From assembly GCA_965223325.1 (NCBI GenBank), contig CBDCWI010000002.1:1952001-2016000 (forward strand): DNA of 64,000 nt, written 5' to 3'. The DNA is from Candidatus Multivoradales bacterium (GTDB lineage Bacteria; Acidobacteriota; Thermoanaerobaculia; Multivoradales; Multivoraceae). Below, in pieces: positions 40,953 through 50,902 of the stretch. The translations under genes and the position numbers were made by a program. The notes beneath the pieces were generated by a model. It saw only the letters and a program-made list of their open reading frames with translations, made no database searches and had not been told where the DNA came from. The first letter of the stretch is position 1. Each line of letters opens with the position of its first letter.

Positions 40953-42316
40953 GCCGCCCCCTTCTGGAGCGCCTCTTGTCTGGCTGCCGCCTTGCGCACG
41001 GCGGCCTTGGCCATCCGGAAGTGCTGCACCAGCGGGATGTGCGAAGGGCAAACGAAGGAACAGCAGCCGCACTCGAAACAGTCCATGAGGTGGAACTCTT
41101 CCGCCATGCGCGCGTACTCCCCCTTCTTGGCCAGCAGGCCGAGCTGCGACGGGTTGAGGAACAGTGGGCAGGCCGCCAGGCAGTCGGCGCAGTGGATGCA
41201 GGGGTACTCCTTGCGGCGCGCCAACGGTGCGGTCTCGCGCTCGGTGAAAGCAACGACTCCCGACGTACCCTTGGTGATCGGAACGTCGAGACTGGAGGCT
41301 GCGCCGCCCATCATCGGACCGCCGAGAAAGACCTGGCTCGTGTTTTCGGCGAGATCGACCTGCTCGAGCAGGAAGCGCAGCGGGGTGCCGATCGGAATGC
41401 GGTAGTTGCCCTTCTTGCCGACCGCCGGGCCCGAGATCGTGATCACCCGCTCCTGAATCCCCCGGCCGTGCGGGAGCAGGCGCCCGATCTCGGCAGTGGT
41501 GGCGACGTTGGTGCACAGAGCGCCAGTGTCGAGCGGCAAGCCGCCAGAAGGCACTTCACGACCGAGCAATGCCGAGATCAGCATCTTCTCGGCACCCTGC
41601 GGATACTTGACGGGCAGGGTCACCACCTCCGCCGGCAAATCGGCGGGCAGGTTCTCCTCGAGCAGCGCGGCGGCATCGACCTTGTTGTCTTCGATGGCGA
41701 CGATCGCGCGCTCGGCCCCACTCACCGTCAGCAGATAGCGAATGCCCTCGTAGATGTCTTCCGACTGCTCGAGCATCACCCGGTGGTCGGTGGTGAGGTA
41801 AGGCTCGCATTCGACCCCGTTGACGATCATGGTGTCGACGCGTTTGTCCTCGGGAACCGCCAGCTTGACGTGGGTCGGAAAGGCGGCACCTCCCAAGCCC
41901 ACGATGCCGGCAGTCTGGATCGCCTCGAGGATCTGCCGGCGCGGCGCGTCGAGCGGACAGGGTGTTCCCTCAGCCACCTCCTGAGTGGAGCTGGGATAGG
42001 GCCGAAGGTAGATCCCGGTCACCATGCGCCCGCTGGCGCTCGGCACCAGACCAATCCGCTCCACCCTCCCCGAGACCGGAGCATGCATCGCCACTGACAC
42101 CCAGCCTTCGGGACGCGCGATCAGCTGGCCGCGCACCACCTCTTCGTCCTCCCTCACCACCGGTACCGCAGGGGCGCCGATGTGCTGGGACAGCGGCACC
42201 ACCAGAGCTGGAGCGAAGGGAAACCGCCGAATTGGCAGCGAAGCGGTGGTGTCCTTCGACTCCGGCGGATGGATGCCGTGCGGAAACGTGTTGCGTTGGC
42301 GCAGAAAAGAGAACAT
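40949..42316 (-). CDS. rnfC: Rnf electron transport complex subunit C
   Basis: GIHPP, LSQHIGAP, HAPVSG, AGIVGLGGAAFPT.VK, NGVECEPYLT.D, KYPQGAEK, GGPMMG, CIHCADCLAACP, CFECGCCSFVCP. Confidence 0.93.
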   Translation of the reverse strand: MFSFLRQRNTFPHGIHPPESKDTTASLPIRRFPFAPALVVPLSQHIGAPAVPVVREDEEVVRGQLIARPEGWVSVAMHAPVSGRVERIGLVPSASGRMVTGIYLRPYPSSTQEVAEGTPCPLDAPRRQILEAIQTAGIVGLGGAAFPTHVKLAVPEDKRVDTMIVNGVECEPYLTTDHRVMLEQSEDIYEGIRYLLTVSGAERAIVAIEDNKVDAAALLEENLPADLPAEVVTLPVKYPQGAEKMLISALLGREVPSGGLPLDTGALCTNVATTAEIGRLLPHGRGIQERVITISGPAVGKKGNYRIPIGTPLRFLLEQVDLAENTSQVFLGGPMMGGAASSLDVPITKGTSGVVAFTERETAPLARRKEYPCIHCADCLAACPLFLNPSQLGLLAKKGEYARMAEEFHLMDCFECGCCSFVCPSHIPLVQHFRMAKAAVRKAAARQEALQKGAA

Positions 42317-42323
42317 TGAAACC

Positions 42324-45300
42324 TCAGTTGTACTTCTGCCCGCGCTCGATCCAGCGCTCGATGTCCTTGGCCGAGCGGTCTTTCGGCACGCCGGGATGGA
42401 TAATGCCGGCGGTGCAGCGCTCGGCAGCCTTGACGAGGTCCTGGTAGGGACCGGCCTCTGCATCGGCGATGTAGGCCTTGCGCTTGTCGTTGTAGACGAA
42501 AATCTTCGAGTTGATGTGGATGCACTCGTCGCAGGTGGTGCACAGGTCGGTGTCGATCCATGGCGCCACGGCAGGTGGGGCGCCATCCTCGCCGGCTGGC
42601 GGTTCGGCGCCTGCGTTCCCCCCGTTGGCGGCAATCTCTCCTCCCGAGCTCGAGGCCACCACCGGCAGCTCCACCGGCTCGGCCGACAAGAGGTCGGCTA
42701 CCTGATCTCCCTCGCCGACGGCAATTCGCACCAGGTTGCGCGTGATGGTCGAGATGACCTCGCCGCGCACCTTCGCTTCGACCTCAGGTAGCGAGATCTC
42801 TTCCCGATCCAACCCAGCCAGGGCGCGCAACATGGTCCAGAACTGCCGGCGGTCTTCGCACGACCGCACCATGGTGTGGTCGACCAGCAAACGGCTGAGT
42901 CGCTCTTCGCGATCCACCGTCCAGATGAACGGGTAGCGATCCTCGCGCTCCCTCTCATCGAGCTCGAGGAACTCGTCGAGAGGCACCATTTGATCGTTCC
43001 ATGTGTCGGGCGGCGCCTTGCGGAAGTGCTTTCGGAAGCGAACCTCGGTAATCGCGAAGTCGGCGAAGGTCATAGGCAGCTCCATCTCCTTCTCGATGCC
43101 GGACTCGCGGTAGGCCAGTCTGTAGGTCGGCCAGTCCTGGTCGATCGCTGGGTTGCCTTCGAGGTCGAAGCACTCGCGTGGCGTGATGCCGCGGTCGGGG
43201 TCGTAGCGGAAGAGGGGATAGGCACGCGACTCGACCGCCAGCTTTGCCTGGTGGGTGCTCATGTCGTCGCCGATGCCGTGCTCCGGCTGGCAGGCGGTGT
43301 ACAAGTTGAACAGCGCCGGTCGGCGCGCCTTGAGGCCGTGGATGAAGCCCTCGATCATGTGCGACGGGTTGGCCGCGGTGGCCTGCATGACGTAGGTCGT
43401 GCGGTGCGCCATGCCGATCAGGCCAATCTCCTTTCGCTGCTCCTCCTTGCCCCGGCTGACGCGCCCGAACTGCGCCATGTCAGAGACCTGGCCGAGGAAG
43501 CCCGAGGTGCAGGCCTGGCCGCCGGTGTTCGAGTAGACCTGCGTGTCCACCACCACGATCTTGATTGGCTTGCCCGACATCATGGCGCGCGACAAGTTCT
43601 GGAACCCGATGTCGTACATGGCACCGTCGCCGCCAACCGCCACCACCGGCGGGCACAATTCCCACTCCTCGTCGGTGAAGTCCTGCCAAGTGAGGTAGGC
43701 CATCTGCTCGTCGTGCTCGGCCGGCTTGTAGCGCCCCGCAATCTCGAGCTCGGCCAGGCGGATGGCCTTGAAGCCTTCGGCCATCTTGGCCATGTGACCT
43801 TCGAAAATGCCGAGTGCCATCGACGCCGAGTCCTGGAACAGGTGGTTGGTCCAGGGGAAGGGGTAGGGGTTGAAGGGATAGGTGCTGCCCCACACCGAAG
43901 TGCAACCGGTGGCATTGACCATGCCCATCGACGTGCGGCCCTTGCCGCTGGCACCCCGCTCGTAGCGCCAGAGCAGGTTCTTGAGCTTCGCCACCAGGCC
44001 GGTCGTGCGCCGCAGCCACTCCTGGTCGATCGGCTGCGCGCCTTCACGACCTGCGGCGTGTTCGGCGAGGTCGGCCAGCGTCAGGTCCTCGTCCTGGTGC
44101 GCGGCGGTAAAGCCGGCGATGTCGCTCGCGTCGGAGACGTCGAGCCCGCCCACGAGCTGGAGACGCACGTGCTGCTCGAGGCGCTCGATCAGGTCGTGCA
44201 GGTAGGCGGTGTGCTTCTTCACCCGCGGCTGCATCAGCGCCTCGACGGTGGCAGTGAAGAGGTGGATCACCGTCTTCTCGCCGCAGCCAAGGCAGGCACC
44301 GTCGCCACTGGTCAGGGAGAGGTAGTTGTTCTTGTCGAGCAGGATGGTCTCGAGCGCACCAATCGCCTCGTCGATGTCGTCGACGCGGATGTACTTCTGA
44401 GGTGTCGTCGGCAGATCGAGCCAGAAGTCCCAGTGCTGGCGCAAGGTCTCGATGCTGTCGTCGGTCTGGGTGACCCGGTGCAGTGCGTCGTCGTCGCACA
44501 CCTCGACGCACTCCATGCAGCCCTTGCAGGTGTAAGGGTTCACCGTTATCGAGAGCAGGCCGCCGTCGCCAGCCTGGCGCTGCTCGGGCACCGTGAAGTA
44601 GGGCCGAGAGAGAGCGAACTGGAAGTCTCCTAGTTCTTCCCGGAACCAGTCGAGTTCCCGTTCGAGAACTGTACGCTCGACCCCATTCCCGGAAGACCCA
44701 TTCCCGGTCATCTCATCGAGAGCCGCGGTAATCGCACCGTCCATCATCGCCGACACCGAGTCGGTCTCTTCAGCCTGCTGGAACAGACCGCGAAGATGGC
44801 GTTCGACGATGCGTGACGCCTTCGGCAGGTGTTCGACCTCGTGCCCCTGGTTGCGCACCCGCTTCACCACAGTGTCGATCACTTCGCCGACTTCGTTGAC
44901 GAGGCCGGGAATCGCGGTGTCGGGACAAACGGTGTAGCAGTCGCCACAGGCGGTGCAGTTCTCCGGAATCCACTGCGGATGCTCGAAGCGGATGCCGGTC
45001 ATGTCGCGGAACAGCGCCGATACCGCCGGGATCACTCCGAGGCCAATGAACGGGTCGGTCAGGTTGTCACTCCCCTGGCCGCGGACGTAGAAGCTGCCGG
45101 TCTGTTCCCAGAAGCGATGCACATCGGTGATTGGCGCCTGCCCTTGCGGCACCGACTCGAGCATCACCGGTAGCTGCGGGCCGCTGCCGTTTCCGTTCAC
45201 CGGTGCCGCTACCTCCTCGATCGAGTCGTAGGGCACCGGCTTCAGCTCTTCGAACCCACGCTTGACTACGCGCACGTTGTCTGCCACTACCCGCGCGCCC

Positions 45301-47369
45301 TTACTGCCAAACTTCTTCTGCAGCTGCGCCTCGATCGCCTGCAACAGGTGGCCCTCGTCGAGGCCCTCGTGCTCCATGACGTCGGAGGCCCGGAAGAAGG
45401 CACCTTGGAAGGCGTTGCCCTGCATGCGTAGCTGCAGGTCGGGGTCGGTTGCCTCGTCGCGTGCGATCTGAAAGGCATCGAGGTAATAGAGGCGGATCTC
45501 CTTGTCTTCGACGACTTTGCGGAAGCCGGTCGGAATCGAGTGCCAGACCGCCTCCGGCGAGCCGAGATCGCTCTGGATCACGAACACACCACCTCGTCTG
45601 AGGCCGGCGATGGCATTGCTATGGTGGAAGACGTTGGGGTCGGGAGAGAGCACCACGTCGACGTGGAAGTACTCGCAGTTGACCCGGATCGGCTCGGGCG
45701 CCGCCGAAAGGTAGTAGGTGGTCGGCTGCCCCTTCTTCTCGGAGCCGTACTTGGGATTGGCCTTGATGTGGTAGCCGAGCAGGTCGAAGAGCGTCATCGC
45801 CAGGTTCTTGCCGGTAGTGATCGCACCCCAGCCTCCGACAGAGTGGATGCGTACCGTGGTGCTGCCTTCGGGCATCAGGTTGGGGTTCTCACTGCCCTTG
45901 ATCGCCAGCTCACGCACGTGCCGATAGCTCTCTTCGATGGTCTGCTGGTAGATCTCCTGCTTGGGGGTCTTGGCCTGCTCGTGCAGGAAGTCGATCGACA
46001 GGTAGAAGTGTTTGCGGTGCGCGCCGTCGGGCAGCATGTTCTCGATCGCAGCGAGCAGACCCTCGGGCTGTAGGTCGCGACTGCCAAGACCGAAAGAGCC
46101 CGAGTAGAGCGCCGGCGCATCGCCAGGCCCCTGGTAGCTGGCGAGCTCAGGGTAGGGCAGCTCCTTCGCCTCCTGGCTGCGGCGTCCGAGTCGGCGCTTG
46201 CCGACGGGACCGGCGAAGCCGTTCTCGAGTGCCTTCGAGACAGTAGAGCGGACCTCCCGCATCAGCGGTAGATCGGCTGCCAGCGGCTGGTCGAGGCGCT
46301 CGAGAACCGCCACTCCTTTGCGCCCCTCGAGCGCGCGACTGAGCAGGTCGCTCGGGAACGGGCGGAACATCGCGAGCTCGACCACCCCCACCCGGAGCTT
46401 GCGCTCGCTCCTCAGGTAGTCGACCACCGCCTCGGCCGAAGGCAAGACGCTGCCCTGCCCGAGGATCAAGTACTCGGCATCGTCCACCCGGTAGGTCATG
46501 ACGCGCTCGTAACGACGACCAGTCAGGCGGTAGAACTCGTCCATCGCCTGGTCAGTGAGCTCGGCGATGTGGTCGAAGAAGAAGGGGCGCTGCGCCGCGA
46601 CGCTCTGCATGTAGGCGTCCTGGTTCTGCACGACGCCCGACATCACCGGGTTGTCGACGTCCCACAGCTCAGGGATCCGGCGCCGCTGGTCACCGTAGAG
46701 GATGCGCTGAGCCGGAGTCGGGGTGGCGATGATGTCGTCTGGTCGACCGAGGTACTCCTCGATCAGCTCGCGCTCCGGAACCATCATCGATTCGATCAGG
46801 TGGGTAGTCAGGAAACCGTCCTGGGCAACGATGCCCGGGTTGAGAGCGAGCTCGGCGACACGATGGGCGATCAGGTTGAAGTCGGCGGCCTGCTGGGCGT
46901 TCTTGGCAAACAGCTGGAAGAAGCCCGTGTCGTCGACGGCGTGGTAGTCGTCGTGGCCGGCGTGCACGTTGAGGGTGGCTTTGGTCATCGCGCGCGCGCC
47001 AACGTTGAGGACGTAGGTGAGGCGCTTGCCCACCGCCGCGTAAAGCGACTCGTGCATGTAGGCAATGCCCTGGCCCGAGGAGAAGTTGGCCGCCCGCAGA
47101 CCGGTCATCGACAGCCCCGCGGTCACCGCCGCCGCGGCGTGCTCGCCTTCCGGCTCGATGAAGATGAGCGGCCGTCCGGAAATGTTGAGGTGCCCGCTCG
47201 CTGCCGCCTCCGACCAGTACTCCCCCATCTGGGTGGAAGGAGTGATCGGATACGCCCCCGCAGCGTCGCTCGACTCGCGCTCGCAAAGGATCACAGCGGT
47301 GTTGCCATCCACCGCGGAGCGTTCGCCCGGGTACTTGAAGTTCGAGTTGTTGTTCTTCTTCTTCGACAT
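42324..47369 (-). CDS. Single-chain pyruvate(2-oxoacid):ferredoxin oxidoreductase (NifJ/PFOR-type, 1681 aa) with extra C-terminal ferredoxin domain
   Basis: AYPITPST, EGEHAA, YGSEKKG, CTACGDCYTVCP, CKGCMECVEVC, GACLGCGE, ATGCTSVWG, GGDGAMYDIG, YSNTGGQ; C-terminal CTTCDEC...C. Start at ATG 47369. Confidence 0.9.
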   Translation of the reverse strand: MSKKKNNNSNFKYPGERSAVDGNTAVILCERESSDAAGAYPITPSTQMGEYWSEAAASGHLNISGRPLIFIEPEGEHAAAAVTAGLSMTGLRAANFSSGQGIAYMHESLYAAVGKRLTYVLNVGARAMTKATLNVHAGHDDYHAVDDTGFFQLFAKNAQQAADFNLIAHRVAELALNPGIVAQDGFLTTHLIESMMVPERELIEEYLGRPDDIIATPTPAQRILYGDQRRRIPELWDVDNPVMSGVVQNQDAYMQSVAAQRPFFFDHIAELTDQAMDEFYRLTGRRYERVMTYRVDDAEYLILGQGSVLPSAEAVVDYLRSERKLRVGVVELAMFRPFPSDLLSRALEGRKGVAVLERLDQPLAADLPLMREVRSTVSKALENGFAGPVGKRRLGRRSQEAKELPYPELASYQGPGDAPALYSGSFGLGSRDLQPEGLLAAIENMLPDGAHRKHFYLSIDFLHEQAKTPKQEIYQQTIEESYRHVRELAIKGSENPNLMPEGSTTVRIHSVGGWGAITTGKNLAMTLFDLLGYHIKANPKYGSEKKGQPTTYYLSAAPEPIRVNCEYFHVDVVLSPDPNVFHHSNAIAGLRRGGVFVIQSDLGSPEAVWHSIPTGFRKVVEDKEIRLYYLDAFQIARDEATDPDLQLRMQGNAFQGAFFRASDVMEHEGLDEGHLLQAIEAQLQKKFGSKGARVVADNVRVVKRGFEELKPVPYDSIEEVAAPVNGNGSGPQLPVMLESVPQGQAPITDVHRFWEQTGSFYVRGQGSDNLTDPFIGLGVIPAVSALFRDMTGIRFEHPQWIPENCTACGDCYTVCPDTAIPGLVNEVGEVIDTVVKRVRNQGHEVEHLPKASRIVERHLRGLFQQAEETDSVSAMMDGAITAALDEMTGNGSSGNGVERTVLERELDWFREELGDFQFALSRPYFTVPEQRQAGDGGLLSITVNPYTCKGCMECVEVCDDDALHRVTQTDDSIETLRQHWDFWLDLPTTPQKYIRVDDIDEAIGALETILLDKNNYLSLTSGDGACLGCGEKTVIHLFTATVEALMQPRVKKHTAYLHDLIERLEQHVRLQLVGGLDVSDASDIAGFTAAHQDEDLTLADLAEHAAGREGAQPIDQEWLRRTTGLVAKLKNLLWRYERGASGKGRTSMGMVNATGCTSVWGSTYPFNPYPFPWTNHLFQDSASMALGIFEGHMAKMAEGFKAIRLAELEIAGRYKPAEHDEQMAYLTWQDFTDEEWELCPPVVAVGGDGAMYDIGFQNLSRAMMSGKPIKIVVVDTQVYSNTGGQACTSGFLGQVSDMAQFGRVSRGKEEQRKEIGLIGMAHRTTYVMQATAANPSHMIEGFIHGLKARRPALFNLYTACQPEHGIGDDMSTHQAKLAVESRAYPLFRYDPDRGITPRECFDLEGNPAIDQDWPTYRLAYRESGIEKEMELPMTFADFAITEVRFRKHFRKAPPDTWNDQMVPLDEFLELDEREREDRYPFIWTVDREERLSRLLVDHTMVRSCEDRRQFWTMLRALAGLDREEISLPEVEAKVRGEVISTITRNLVRIAVGEGDQVADLLSAEPVELPVVASSSGGEIAANGGNAGAEPPAGEDGAPPAVAPWIDTDLCTTCDECIHINSKIFVYNDKRKAYIADAEAGPYQDLVKAAERCTAGIIHPGVPKDRSAKDIERWIERGQKYN

Positions 47370-47413
47370 CCTCACCCCAAAACGCTGTTCGAACTCAGCG
47401 ACCGATACTGCAC

Positions 47414-48277
47414 TCAGGTCGGCGCGACGGGCGCAGTACCCTGACGGACGACCTTGTGAGCCGCCGCACCCTTGATGACGGTTCCGTCCGGCTCCAGCCA
47501 GACGATGGCGCCAGTCGGACAGCGCGCGATTGGATCGCGAGTCGCGTGATCGCGGCGGTAGTCGACGACCGGTAGGTTGTTGCTCATTGTGATCAGCCCG
47601 GGAGCGTCCATGGCGCAGCGGGCGCAGGCCGTGCAGCCCACCTCGCAGTCCTCGAGGAGATCGTCGCCCGCCTCGAGCGAGCGGCACGCCACCCAGAGCC
47701 GGTGGCTCACCGCGTGCAGCGAGAATAGGTTCTTGGGGCAGGCCTCCACACAGTCGCCGCACGCTGTGCAGAGATCCTCGTTGACCACAGGGAGCCGATG
47801 GCGATTCATCTCGATGGCGCCGAAGTCGCATGACACCTCGCAGTCACCGATGCCGAGGCAGCCCCAGAAGCACCCCTTCCCACCGCCGGCAACCAACGTC
47901 GCCGCCGAGCAGCTCTCGACTCCACGGTAGACGGCGTGCATGCGGGCAACGTTGGCGCCGCCGGCGCAAGCCAGGCGAGCAACGCACTTCTCTTCGTTGC
48001 CCACGTCGACCCCGAGGTAGCGCGCGATGCGCTGGCGAGCCGACTCCGAGCTCACGGTGCACTTGCCGGGCAGCACGTCGCCGCGCACCAACGCCTCAGC
48101 GAACGGCGCACAACCGGGATAACCGCAGCCTCCGCAGTTGGTCTGGGGCAGCAGGTCTTCCACCTCCCGAATGCGCGGGTCCTCCGCCACCGCCAGCCGA
48201 CGATCGGCCAGCACCAGGAGCGAAGCCAAGAGGAGCGTCAGCCCGCCCAGGGTCGCAACGGCGGTGGTCAGGAGCAT
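47414..48277 (-). CDS. rnfB: Rnf electron transport complex subunit B
   Basis: N-terminal TM, EDPRI...LPQTNCGGCGYPGC, CFWGCLGIGDCEVSC, CTACGDCVEACP, CTACARCAMD, CPTGAI. Confidence 0.92.
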   Translation of the reverse strand: MLLTTAVATLGGLTLLLASLLVLADRRLAVAEDPRIREVEDLLPQTNCGGCGYPGCAPFAEALVRGDVLPGKCTVSSESARQRIARYLGVDVGNEEKCVARLACAGGANVARMHAVYRGVESCSAATLVAGGGKGCFWGCLGIGDCEVSCDFGAIEMNRHRLPVVNEDLCTACGDCVEACPKNLFSLHAVSHRLWVACRSLEAGDDLLEDCEVGCTACARCAMDAPGLITMSNNLPVVDYRRDHATRDPIARCPTGAIVWLEPDGTVIKGAAAHKVVRQGTAPVAPT

Positions 48278-48417
48278 GAAGAACGTCCTCCAGAAACGAG
48301 ATTGCCGCGGAACCACGAAAGCAGAGTGGCCCGTCGAGTTGGGGCGGGCCACCGAAGCAACGACTCGAGAATAGCCGTTCTCGGAGAAACTGTAGGTGCG
48401 TGGTCACAGCACCAAAC

Positions 48418-48433
48418 CTAGGGAAAACCCTAG
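48418..48433. promoter_or_regulatory. Perfect palindrome, candidate operator for the divergent rnf/PFOR and hemerythrin/OFOR arms
   Basis: CTAGGG-AAAA-CCCTAG in the 238-bp divergent intergenic region. Confidence 0.55.
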
Positions 48434-48515
48434 ATAGCCAGCCATTTCAAATTCTTTCAGCATTGGAGGATCGGCTCGGGCAGGAGCCGTAACCTGTCGA
48501 TTCGCAGGAGGAACC

Positions 48516-48932
48516 ATGACGGACTCGAAGAAGCTCCATCGCGAGATCCAAGAAGAGCACGACGCGATCCAGACATTGGTTCGACAGTTGTCCAAGGAAG
48601 TCGAGACGCCGGCCATCGAGAGTGAGTTGCGGGAGTTGGCCGGCCTGCTCGACACACACTTCGGCCGCGAGGAAGCCCCGAAGGGTCTTCACGACTCGAT
48701 CGGCGACCGTGCTCTCAACCTCTTGCCGCACGTCGAGAAGCTATCTACCCAGCATCGGGAGATCGCCGGGAACCTGCAGAGCCTGCTCGACCAGTGTGCG
48801 CGGCACACGCGCATGGCTGAAGAGATCCGACAGGGCGCGCGTGGTCTGGTCGAGCAGTTGAAGAAGCACGAGGCCGATGAGAACGATCTGCTCGGTCACG
48901 CCTTCTACGACACCCTCGGAGTCGGCGACTGA
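48516..48932 (+). CDS. Hemerythrin-like (HHE) domain protein
   Basis: EHDAI...HFGREE...QHREI...HEADE iron-ligand pattern; AGGAGG RBS. Confidence 0.82.
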   Translation: MTDSKKLHREIQEEHDAIQTLVRQLSKEVETPAIESELRELAGLLDTHFGREEAPKGLHDSIGDRALNLLPHVEKLSTQHREIAGNLQSLLDQCARHTRMAEEIRQGARGLVEQLKKHEADENDLLGHAFYDTLGVGD

Positions 48933-49003
48933 GAGCCTTGCTCTCCTCTTTCGCTTCTGAAGCTCCCCTTCTCTGAGATCTCGTTGCCTGGTGCCGACCC
49001 GCT

Positions 49004-50902
49004 ATGACCGAGGCACCTGCACCGAAAGCGCCCAATCTGTCCGATCGGCAGCCGGTCGGTGAGCGAGTTGCCATCGATGAGCACATCGTCGAGATCGTCA
49101 GCGACTCCGGGGAGGGCGCACAGAAGGCAGGCCAGACCATGGGCACGGTCAGCGCCCGCATGGGCAACGGCGTCTGGACAGTCGAGATCATCCCAGCCGA
49201 GATCAAGCCGCCGGCACGCTCACGCGCGGGGGCCAGCGGCATCCGAGTCCGAATCGGCAGCCGCGAGATCAACAACGTCGGCGACCGCGCCGACCTGGTG
49301 GTCGCCTTCAACGAGCAGGTGCTCTACGGCCGCGTCGAAGCGGGAGCCTACGGCCCGAAGACGATCGTCCTGCTTGAGAGCTCCTGGGCTGAGCATCCGG
49401 ACGAGGCCATCCGGGAGCAGTACCGCCAGGCGCTCAAGGACTTCAGCCAGGTCGGGCTCAACATCATCGAACTGCCGATCGAAGCGACGTGCCGTACGGT
49501 CTTTAAGAAGCCTCCGGTCGGCAGGCTCCTGGGCAAGAACATGTTCGTGGTCGGCATGCTCGCCCACATCTACGACCGTGACCGTGACGAGATCAAGAAC
49601 GAGATCGAGCTTTTGTTCAAGAAGCGCGGCCAGGAGGTCGTCGACCTCAACCACGAGCTGGTCGACGCCGGTTGGCAGTTTGCGCGCGACAGCGTCAACC
49701 TGCGCTTCGAGATCGGACCGCTAGCCGACAGTGGTGAGCGTGTGGTCATGAACGGCAACCAGGCGGTTGGCCTCGGGGTGCTCGCCGCCGGAATTGAAGT
49801 CGTGGCGATGTACCCGATCACCCCAGCGACCTCGGTGTCGCACTACCTCGCTGCCGCCCTGCCCCGTACCGGAGGCATCGTGCATCAGGCGGAAGACGAG
49901 ATCGCAGCGATCGGCTTCGCGATCGGCGCCAGCTATGCCGGCAAGACAGCCTGTACCATCACCTCAGGGCCCGGTCTGGCCCTCAAGACCGAGTTCCTTG
50001 GTCTGGCGGTGATGGCCGAGATTCCGTTGGTCGTCGTGCTGGTGCAACGCGGCGGACCGTCCACGGGTCTGCCAACCAAAGTCGAGCAGGGAGACCTACT
50101 CGCGGTCCTCTACGGCACGCCAGGAGATGCTCCCAAGGTGGTGCTGGCGCCGTCGACCATCGAAGAGTGCTTCCACTTCGTGGTTCTGGCTCGCAAGCTG
50201 GCCGAAGACCTCCGAGCGCCGATCTTCCTGCTCACCGACGCAAACCTCGCCACCGGGGTGCAACCGTTTCCACGCCCTCAGTTCGATCCGGACTGGCTGG
50301 CGCCACCGCTCGATCAGAGTCCCTGGCCGGACGACAAACCGGCCTACGACTGGGATTCGGCCACCGGCCTGTCGCGTCGGCCGATCCCCGGCCAGCGTGG
50401 CGGCGAGTACGTCGTCACGGGCCTGGCGCACACCAACCAGGCCAAGGTGGTCTACGACTCGCACTCCAACCAGCAAGCCTGCGAGCATCGTAGCCGCAAG
50501 CTCGCTACCCTGGCTTCGACCCTCAAGCCGCCCGAGGTCTACGGCGACGACGAGGGCGACCTTCTCCTCGTGGGCTGGGGCTCGACGCGCGGTTCGATCG
50601 AAGAGGCGGTCGGCCGCCTGCGAGAGCGCGGACACCGCGTCTCGGCCATCCACCTGCGCTTCCTGTCGCCGCTCGAACCCGGGCTCGACGAGATCTTCCA
50701 GCGCTTCGGTCGCGTCATGACGATCGAGCTCAACTACTCCGACCCCACCGACCTCGAGCCGAGGACTTCTCGGCGCATGAGTCAGCTCGCCACGCTGCTG
50801 CGCGCGACATCCCTCCACGATATCGAGTGCTGGTCCCGGGTTTCCGGCCAACCCCTGCCTCCGGGCGACCTAGTGAGAGAAGTGGAACGATGTTTGACGT
50901 GA
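49004..50902 (+). CDS. 2-oxoacid:ferredoxin oxidoreductase alpha subunit (KorA-like)
   Basis: SDSGEG, IPAEI, YPITPAT, QAEDEIAA, TSGPGLALK.E, QRGGPSTGLPTKVEQGDL, GWGST. Confidence 0.9.
   Translation: MTEAPAPKAPNLSDRQPVGERVAIDEHIVEIVSDSGEGAQKAGQTMGTVSARMGNGVWTVEIIPAEIKPPARSRAGASGIRVRIGSREINNVGDRADLVVAFNEQVLYGRVEAGAYGPKTIVLLESSWAEHPDEAIREQYRQALKDFSQVGLNIIELPIEATCRTVFKKPPVGRLLGKNMFVVGMLAHIYDRDRDEIKNEIELLFKKRGQEVVDLNHELVDAGWQFARDSVNLRFEIGPLADSGERVVMNGNQAVGLGVLAAGIEVVAMYPITPATSVSHYLAAALPRTGGIVHQAEDEIAAIGFAIGASYAGKTACTITSGPGLALKTEFLGLAVMAEIPLVVVLVQRGGPSTGLPTKVEQGDLLAVLYGTPGDAPKVVLAPSTIEECFHFVVLARKLAEDLRAPIFLLTDANLATGVQPFPRPQFDPDWLAPPLDQSPWPDDKPAYDWDSATGLSRRPIPGQRGGEYVVTGLAHTNQAKVVYDSHSNQQACEHRSRKLATLASTLKPPEVYGDDEGDLLLVGWGSTRGSIEEAVGRLRERGHRVSAIHLRFLSPLEPGLDEIFQRFGRVMTIELNYSDPTDLEPRTSRRMSQLATLLRATSLHDIECWSRVSGQPLPPGDLVREVERCLT

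Noticed and set aside
39892-42634. Apparent long N-terminal extensions or fusions on RnfG, RnfD and RnfC
   Set aside because: ORF-caller extensions through upstream genes; real starts are at GTGA overlaps or the nearby ATG with RBS.
42876-44633. 585-aa plus-strand ORF and similar long antisense ORFs (e.g. 7477-8532, 40976-42097, 57102-58160)
   Set aside because: Antisense shadows of well-supported genes, expected in high-GC DNA; no recognisable motifs.
47370-47831. N-terminal 154 aa of the 1835-aa ORF
   Set aside because: Overlaps rnfB in another frame and is Arg-rich shadow sequence; PFOR homology starts at MSKKK (47369).
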